From: Promethearchaeota archaeon
Lineage (GTDB): Archaea; Asgardarchaeota; Lokiarchaeia; Sigyniarchaeales; SOKP01
Direction of reading: 5' to 3'
DNA: 64,000 nucleotides
NCBI GenBank assembly: GCA_030603385.1
Contig: JAUVXW010000002.1
Coordinates: 116,145-180,144, forward strand
Position numbers and translations under genes: made by a program. Of this stretch, positions 58,406 to 64,000 are shown piece after piece (the first letter of the stretch is position 1; each line of letters opens with the position of its first letter). Under the pieces are notes generated by a model that made no database searches, had not been told where the DNA came from, and saw only the letters and a program-made list of their open reading frames with translations.

Positions 58406-59308
58406 ATTCAATTCTTAATTATTACATCAACAGAAGATAAAGCCTCAATGAACATTCGTGATAAGCTCTTAAGCTCAAAATCTTATAATTTTGAAGAAAC
58501 AAATTTTATATGGTATGAGCATCCTATCTTTGAATTGACGGATTTACCTTCTGAAAATGAGAAATTATCCAATTTAACAAAACCCGACATATTTCTTGGA
58601 TTAACTAAAGAACCGCTCATTTTTTTAAATGATTTAAAATTAGATGAAACAAAAATCGAACCTGATTTTCTTATTTTTGCAAGTCGGCATACTTCAAAAA
58701 CAGCCCGTCCAGCATTTTTAGTGCATACAACTGGAAATTGGAGTAAGGATACTGATTTTGGAGGTGAACCTCAAGATTTATCATGGGCAAGCGCTTTACT
58801 TCATAAGGCAGGATTCATTTCACTAACTGAACAAGAATCTATAACAAATCTCTCTGACTTTTCCCTTGATATTGAAGTTACCCATCATGGTCCTACAATA
58901 TTAGAGAAACCATTGATATTTATGGAATTAGGAAGTAGTAAAAGAGAATGGGTTATTAGTGATGCTGGTGAATCAATAGCGACGGCAATTATTACAACGA
59001 TTTTTAAATTTTTAGATTATAAAAAGAATGATAACCAACAAATAGGTTTGGGTTTCGGAGGGACACATTATGCTCCAAATTATCATAGGTTAATAAGGAA
59101 TAAAAATATAGCAATGTCATTTATCTGCCCTAAGTATTATATCCAAGAGTTAAATATTGATTTGATACGGAAAATGGTAGAAAATACTTTTGAAAAAGTT
59201 GATTATTTTATTATAGATTGGAAAGGTACAAATTCAGAAGATAAAAAACATTTAATTCCATTATTGGAAGAGTTCGATATTCCTATTAAAAAGACTAAAG
59301 ATTTCTGA
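58406..59308 (+). CDS. dtdA: D-aminoacyl-tRNA deacylase DTD2 (archaeal/plant type), probable ATT start
   Basis: FASRH, VHTTGN, EVTHHGPT, FMELGS, GFGGTHYAP; the N-terminal LIITSTEDKAS lies upstream of the ATG, starting at ATT 58406 after GGTGA. Confidence 0.92.
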   Translation: MQFLIITSTEDKASMNIRDKLLSSKSYNFEETNFIWYEHPIFELTDLPSENEKLSNLTKPDIFLGLTKEPLIFLNDLKLDETKIEPDFLIFASRHTSKTARPAFLVHTTGNWSKDTDFGGEPQDLSWASALLHKAGFISLTEQESITNLSDFSLDIEVTHHGPTILEKPLIFMELGSSKREWVISDAGESIATAIITTIFKFLDYKKNDNQQIGLGFGGTHYAPNYHRLIRNKNIAMSFICPKYYIQELNIDLIRKMVENTFEKVDYFIIDWKGTNSEDKKHLIPLLEEFDIPIKKTKDF

Positions 59309-59328
59309 ATTGTTTGTTAACAAGAAAA

Positions 59329-60225
59329 TTACGAAATATCATCATTTTCTTTCTTCTTCTTAGCTTCTTCTTTCTTCTTCTCATAATATTTTACTAAATT
59401 CTTAAAAACGTAATGCATTGGTGCGTATCCTTGGGTCGCGGATTTAGTTAAAACTTTAAGTAAAAAATCACGATGTTTACAGCTGTCATCTGGTGAAACA
59501 TTCAATTCTCTAATATTGTAAAAACTACGCCAGAAACCTGTTGGCCAATCAACGATTGGAGCTAAGAGATTTTTATATTTAGCTTTACCTTCTTGACTTA
59601 ACTCTAACTCCTTTTCTATTTCATAGAAATTATTTTTACCTTTCTTCTTAATGTTGATAATGCCATCTGATTTTATTTCTTCCATCAATTTAATTAATTC
59701 AGCTAATTGTATATCTTTAATGTTAAGTTTCTTTAAATTACTAAGTATCTCTTTGTCTGTTTGACCTTTTAGTTTTATTAGTGTATAATTTCTTGCCATA
59801 ATATTGTATTTCATAGGAACTGATTCATGATCAATTTTGTTATATTGTATTAAATCTCCTAATATTTTTTTTGCTATTCGATATTTTAGCATTAATTGAT
59901 CATCCTCGGAGAAATCTTCTTTAAATAGTTCGGAATCAAAATATGAGTTGTATAATGTTTGCAAAATAGATTTTATAGAATGGAATCCATCGACTATAGC
60001 TTGTTCAACATTTTTTAATACTTTAATCCTATATTCAATGTCAGTTAGGAATTTTTGATTTTTTAAAGGTATTTGGCGGATTGTATGAGGTTCCTCATTC
60101 AATGGTTTTAGATAATCATCCCATTTTTTCTTCAATCGATAAGATTGTGTTTTGGCTATATGTGAGAGTTTATGAATAACCTCCAAAAGCTTTTTTAAAA
60201 ATTCTTCTTCAGAAACTTCAGTCAT
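59329..60225 (-). CDS. Hypothetical protein with probable winged-helix segment
   Basis: 298-aa ORF; LIKLMEEIKSDGIINIKKKGKNNFYEI...LSQEG resembles a wHTH wing. Confidence 0.65.
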   Translation of the reverse strand: MTEVSEEEFLKKLLEVIHKLSHIAKTQSYRLKKKWDDYLKPLNEEPHTIRQIPLKNQKFLTDIEYRIKVLKNVEQAIVDGFHSIKSILQTLYNSYFDSELFKEDFSEDDQLMLKYRIAKKILGDLIQYNKIDHESVPMKYNIMARNYTLIKLKGQTDKEILSNLKKLNIKDIQLAELIKLMEEIKSDGIINIKKKGKNNFYEIEKELELSQEGKAKYKNLLAPIVDWPTGFWRSFYNIRELNVSPDDSCKHRDFLLKVLTKSATQGYAPMHYVFKNLVKYYEKKKEEAKKKKENDDIS

Positions 60226-60431
60226 CCACTAAGTACCTTAACCTTATTACTTGAATTTTTTTTAATTAATTAATATTAGAATCCAAAAATTTTAAACTTT
60301 AGATAAAAATTCTGGTTAAAATATGATTGGAAAAATATTTTCTTTTAATTATTATCAATATAAATACTGTTAAAACAGATCGAACGTATCCCTTTTTATT
60401 ATTTAGAATAGAAAAAAAAATATTTAAAAAT

Positions 60432-60905
60432 TTAAACTTCTCCAGAATAATATCCTTCTTTTCTAAATCTAATATAGGAAATCAAGCACATTGAGAAGAT
60501 AGCTATGTAGATTATCAATAAAATGATTAGTAATATACTGGTTCCAAATAGATCTGTGTATATAATTATTGCTCGTATAGATAAGATTATACTTATTCCT
60601 GTGATGATATTACACACAATAGTTATAACATTGAGTCTTCTTCCAGCAATAGTTATGCCACCTAGGATAAGATACACTAAAAAGGCAAACCCAGTAGCAA
60701 GAATTGTAAAGAGAAAAGCAAGAAGAGCTTTTACTAAACCTTCAATTATGCTTACATATTCATTATAATCAATAAAAATAGCAGAATAAACAACAGCGCC
60801 TCCTAAATCAAAAAAAAATAAAACAACCCGTAATATCGCAACGACAATACATAAAATTCCCGCAGTAATTCTTAATTTTTCATGAAGTTCCATAATTTGA
60901 TTCAC
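60432..60905 (-). CDS. Hypothetical 4-TM membrane protein
   Basis: Four hydrophobic segments. Confidence 0.7.
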   Translation of the reverse strand: MNQIMELHEKLRITAGILCIVVAILRVVLFFFDLGGAVVYSAIFIDYNEYVSIIEGLVKALLAFLFTILATGFAFLVYLILGGITIAGRRLNVITIVCNIITGISIILSIRAIIIYTDLFGTSILLIILLIIYIAIFSMCLISYIRFRKEGYYSGEV

Positions 60906-61021
60906 CCTATTCTATACTTAATTTTTAGTATAATATAATTAAGTGAAAAATTAACTAAGATGCTAAATAAAAATATATTATACATTTGTATTTAAATAAG
61001 TTTGTAAAGATTAGAAAAAAA

Positions 61022-61408
61022 ATGAAAATTGAACATATTGCTGTAGGATACAATTCAGAAGAAGAGGCGGATAGATTTTTCATTGACTTGCTTGGTTTGA
61101 AAAAAATCCGATCAAAATCAGTTCCAGAAGATTTGATGAAGAAATTTTTTAGTGTAAAGAGAGAGTCTAAATTTGTTTTATATGGAAAACAAGATTCAAA
61201 TTTCGAAGTATTCATAACCGATGATAATAGCAGAGCACAGGATGTTTTTACTCATTCTTGTTTATTAATAGAAAATCGAGATGAGTTTATGAATAAAGTT
61301 TCTTCAATGGGATATGATTTAGTTAAAGTTCCAAGAAAGGATAGCAATGGTTACTATCTTTTTATTAAAGATGGATTCCGAAATTTATATGAAATAAAAG
61401 AGAAATAG
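61022..61408 (+). CDS. VOC/glyoxalase-family protein
   Basis: MKIEHIAV, FFIDLLGL, HSCL, FIKDGFRNLYEI. Confidence 0.85.
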   Translation: MKIEHIAVGYNSEEEADRFFIDLLGLKKIRSKSVPEDLMKKFFSVKRESKFVLYGKQDSNFEVFITDDNSRAQDVFTHSCLLIENRDEFMNKVSSMGYDLVKVPRKDSNGYYLFIKDGFRNLYEIKEK

Positions 61409-61421
61409 TCGAAATCTAAAC

Positions 61422-61850
61422 CTATTTCAAATTTTTTAGAATTCCAGAGCTTTCTATTATCTCTTTATGATCAAAGGCTAATTTTAAAGAAGAGATTTTT
61501 GATAATGGAATAATCTCTAATGCAGCTGCATCATCCATAGCTTTTGGTTTCTCATTATCTGTTAGTGGTTCGCAAAGGAAGCCGATAGTAACATTATGCC
61601 CTCTTGGATCTCGTTTAGGGTCTGAAAAAACACCAATAAGTTTAATTATATTGATATTGATATTAGTTTCCTCTTTTGCTTCGCGAATACATGCATTTTC
61701 CACGGTTTCTCCAACATCTACAAATCCCCCCGGTAATGCTAATTCCCCTTGAAAGGGTGGATTTTTCCGTCGAATTAGAACTAAAGCACTTTTATTGTTA
61801 ACTAAAATAACAGCATCTACGGTCAATAAAGGAGTTGTAGGTTTAGGCAT
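61422..61850 (-). CDS. NUDIX hydrolase (ADP-ribose pyrophosphatase-like)
   Basis: LPGGFVDVGETVENACIREAKEET Nudix box; RDPR; LAFDH. Confidence 0.92.
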   Translation of the reverse strand: MPKPTTPLLTVDAVILVNNKSALVLIRRKNPPFQGELALPGGFVDVGETVENACIREAKEETNININIIKLIGVFSDPKRDPRGHNVTIGFLCEPLTDNEKPKAMDDAAALEIIPLSKISSLKLAFDHKEIIESSGILKNLK

Positions 61851-61888
61851 ACTTGATTACAGTTTATAGTTATTTTTCATTCCTTACT

Positions 61889-62710
61889 TTATTCATCCCA
61901 AACTGATGAAGCAAGTAAATGTTCAATTCTTGTTTTTCTTGGTCTTATAAATTCTGTATGATGTTCTTTTCGTTTTAATAACAGATTTTTATCCAGATTA
62001 GTTGAGTCAATAATATATACTTCTAAATCTCCCTCATCGAGATAAATGTGATTAAAGCTGGGAGAATCTTGGGCACGAACTTTATTTGAAGTTGAAGTAC
62101 CACAATAGAGAAAAGTGGTGGTAGATGAATTCTGCCAAGATATTACATAAGCATGAGGGACGTGGCGGTGTCCCATTAATACTAAATCTATTTCAAATAG
62201 TTGGGTGAATTCTAGAATTTCTCCTGCATCTCGTACAGTAGTAAACTTTTGTCCTGACATTGGAACAGGGATTAAATGGTGATGCAATGCAATTATTCGA
62301 TTTTCCAAATTTCTATTAAATTGACGAGCCGCCCAGTCTAATTGTTCATCCCCGATCTCGCCCGACGCCAAATCATCTTTCGCAGAACAAACACCAACAA
62401 TAATAGTATCTTTATCTTCAAGAATCATTCTTGAACGTCGTGGTCCAATTAATTTCTCAAAAAATACTATACCTGAATTTTTTGCATCGTGGTTTCCGGG
62501 CACAGCTAAGAACTTAGTAACCTCTTTTATCCGATTAAGATAAGGCAGAACCTCATTATATTGAGTTACTCTTCCCTTATGTATAATATCTCCGGTACAA
62601 ATCACTACATCAGGTTTGGAGTCTTTAATATATGAAATTATGTTTTCCATATAGTCAGGAACAAATTCCGACCCGTAATGTAAATCACTTATTTGTATTA
62701 TCTCTACCAA
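61889..62710 (-). CDS. Calcineurin-like metallophosphoesterase (CpdA/Icc-like)
   Basis: SDLH, TGD, PGNHD, HH, GHRH motifs. Confidence 0.92.
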   Translation of the reverse strand: MVEIIQISDLHYGSEFVPDYMENIISYIKDSKPDVVICTGDIIHKGRVTQYNEVLPYLNRIKEVTKFLAVPGNHDAKNSGIVFFEKLIGPRRSRMILEDKDTIIVGVCSAKDDLASGEIGDEQLDWAARQFNRNLENRIIALHHHLIPVPMSGQKFTTVRDAGEILEFTQLFEIDLVLMGHRHVPHAYVISWQNSSTTTFLYCGTSTSNKVRAQDSPSFNHIYLDEGDLEVYIIDSTNLDKNLLLKRKEHHTEFIRPRKTRIEHLLASSVWDE

Positions 62711-62871
62711 TTTTTTAACACCCTCTCATATTAAGTTCATAGATTAAAAGAGATTTTCTATTACTTATAAATTTAATAATAAGTGTTAAGTTTAAAATAT
62801 TTTTAATCAATAAAAAATTTTAAATAAAAAGTGTATAAAATGGAAATCTAATTCAAAAAATAAAAAAGACC

Positions 62872-63054
62872 TTAGTTATAACTCTCTAAACTGAGAGATT
62901 TGATTGAAATATTGAGTTTATGCTGTAATTTTCGTTGTTCTGCTAATGTTGCAAGAGTTTTTTTATTATTACAATCAAAACAAATGCCATTAACATTTAT
63001 GTGGCGTATTTCCCCACATTCTGGACAGCTAAACTCCTTAAAAATAGGTTTCAT
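62872..63054 (-). CDS. Small Zn-ribbon-like protein
   Basis: CPECG...CFDC; GAGG SD upstream of ATG. Confidence 0.6.
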   Translation of the reverse strand: MKPIFKEFSCPECGEIRHINVNGICFDCNNKKTLATLAEQRKLQHKLNISIKSLSLESYN

Positions 63055-63198
63055 AATAATTTTGTTCCTCTAAAATTTGTATTTTAAATATATAGTTACT
63101 CGTTTTTTTCTTAATTATTATAAAAAAATATAGAGATTTAAGCTCTTTCGTCATATTATATAAAGTCTATATAGTCTATATAGAAAAAAAAGTAGGAC

Positions 63199-64000
63199 TT
63201 ATATGATGCTTAGTTTATTCATAATATAACTCTTGACATCATCTATACTTAAATTCTTATCATTAATAAAACCCTGCCCATAATCCTTTTTCCCTCCTCC
63301 TTTTCCACCAAAATTTTCTACACATTCTTTAACAAGGCTCCCAATATTCAATTTTGACTCATTAAGTGGTTTATCTCCTTCCATAGCTAAAATCATGACT
63401 CCCTCATTGGTTTTATTTAAAAATATGCTTATCACATTATCATTATATTTCATTATTCTTATTGAGAAGTTCTTAAGATCATCTAGAGTTAAGTCATCAA
63501 AAGTTTCTATAACAAGCTTAAATGTCTCATAATCTTGACTACTTGTAATTAACTCTTCAATGTATTCTACGCTTAAGAAATTTTTTGTCTGTTTAATTTT
63601 CTTTATTCCTTCTATCCACTCTGAATATAATTTTTGAATTTTACTTGGCACATCATCTTTTATAGTACCTAAAAATTGAGAAATTTCTGATAGGACATCA
63701 CCTTCAAATGATTCAGAAGAGGTTAAGTGTAAATCATTCTCATCTATTTTACCAGATTTGAGTGATTTGTTTACATTTTTCCATTTTTCAAGTAACTCTT
63801 CTACGCGTCCCACGAGTTGTTTACGATCTACACTTAATATTCCCTTCAGCTCATCCAATATTTCCCTATGCTTTTCTTTTAGCTTATCTGTAGCTTTCCC
63901 TGCTGTGAATGTAAGTCTGACAGTGCCATCTTGAATCTTTTGTGATTTAGTAATATGAATATAACCTGTTTCTGAAGTATTATTTAAATGTGTCCCACCA
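63199..64000 (-). CDS. alaS: Alanyl-tRNA synthetase, C-terminal part (runs off window end)
   Basis: Frame open to the edge: GGTHLNNTSETG...IQDGTVRLTFTAG (editing domain) and GGKGGGKKDYGQG (C-Ala/DHHA1). Confidence 0.92.
   Translation of the reverse strand, partial: GGTHLNNTSETGYIHITKSQKIQDGTVRLTFTAGKATDKLKEKHREILDELKGILSVDRKQLVGRVEELLEKWKNVNKSLKSGKIDENDLHLTSSESFEGDVLSEISQFLGTIKDDVPSKIQKLYSEWIEGIKKIKQTKNFLSVEYIEELITSSQDYETFKLVIETFDDLTLDDLKNFSIRIMKYNDNVISIFLNKTNEGVMILAMEGDKPLNESKLNIGSLVKECVENFGGKGGGKKDYGQGFINDKNLSIDDVKSYIMNKLSII

Noticed and set aside
4858-61215. Many short ORF-track entries antisense to or nested in real genes (e.g. 4858, 8866, 10548, 12320, 15026, 18566, 29655, 35176, 54136, 57795, 60955)
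   Set aside because: Shadow frames of well-supported genes with no motifs of their own.
1-64000. CRISPR arrays, tRNA/rRNA genes, IS elements
   Set aside because: No regularly spaced repeats, GC-rich cloverleafs or transposase/integrase ORFs seen by eye; tRNAscan and Infernal were not run.

Overview
AT-rich archaeal chromosomal window, most likely an Asgard archaeon of Lokiarchaeia type. This is inferred from gene content: ribosomal eS26, TrmY, DTD2, an Arf/Rag-like small GTPase, a uDENN/longin-like domain and SNAP-like TPR repeats. I found no rRNA, tRNA, CRISPR array, transposase or integrase. Main blocks: (1) a Ni/Co ECF transporter and housekeeping genes; (2) Wood-Ljungdahl/corrinoid and acyl-CoA genes, including a frameshifted ADP-forming acetyl-CoA synthetase; (3) a ~25 kb Fe-S, sulfur-relay and oxidative-stress cluster (22984-47751), whose IscS lacks the PLP lysine and whose IscU is fused to a degenerate TrxB domain; (4) a co-oriented arsR / small GTPase / MASE3-PAS histidine kinase / response regulator module. 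The regulator's output domain resembles the folliculin/SMCR8/NPRL2 longin GAP domain, including an arginine-finger-like motif; this is the best candidate for an undescribed system; (5) three Cys-tailed Lrp/AsnC regulators. Also seen: at least three genes that appear to need ATT initiation, two ~155-165 nt intergenic elements closed by terminal stems, and two short diverged gene-fragment duplications. All family calls come from motif recognition by eye; no searches were run.
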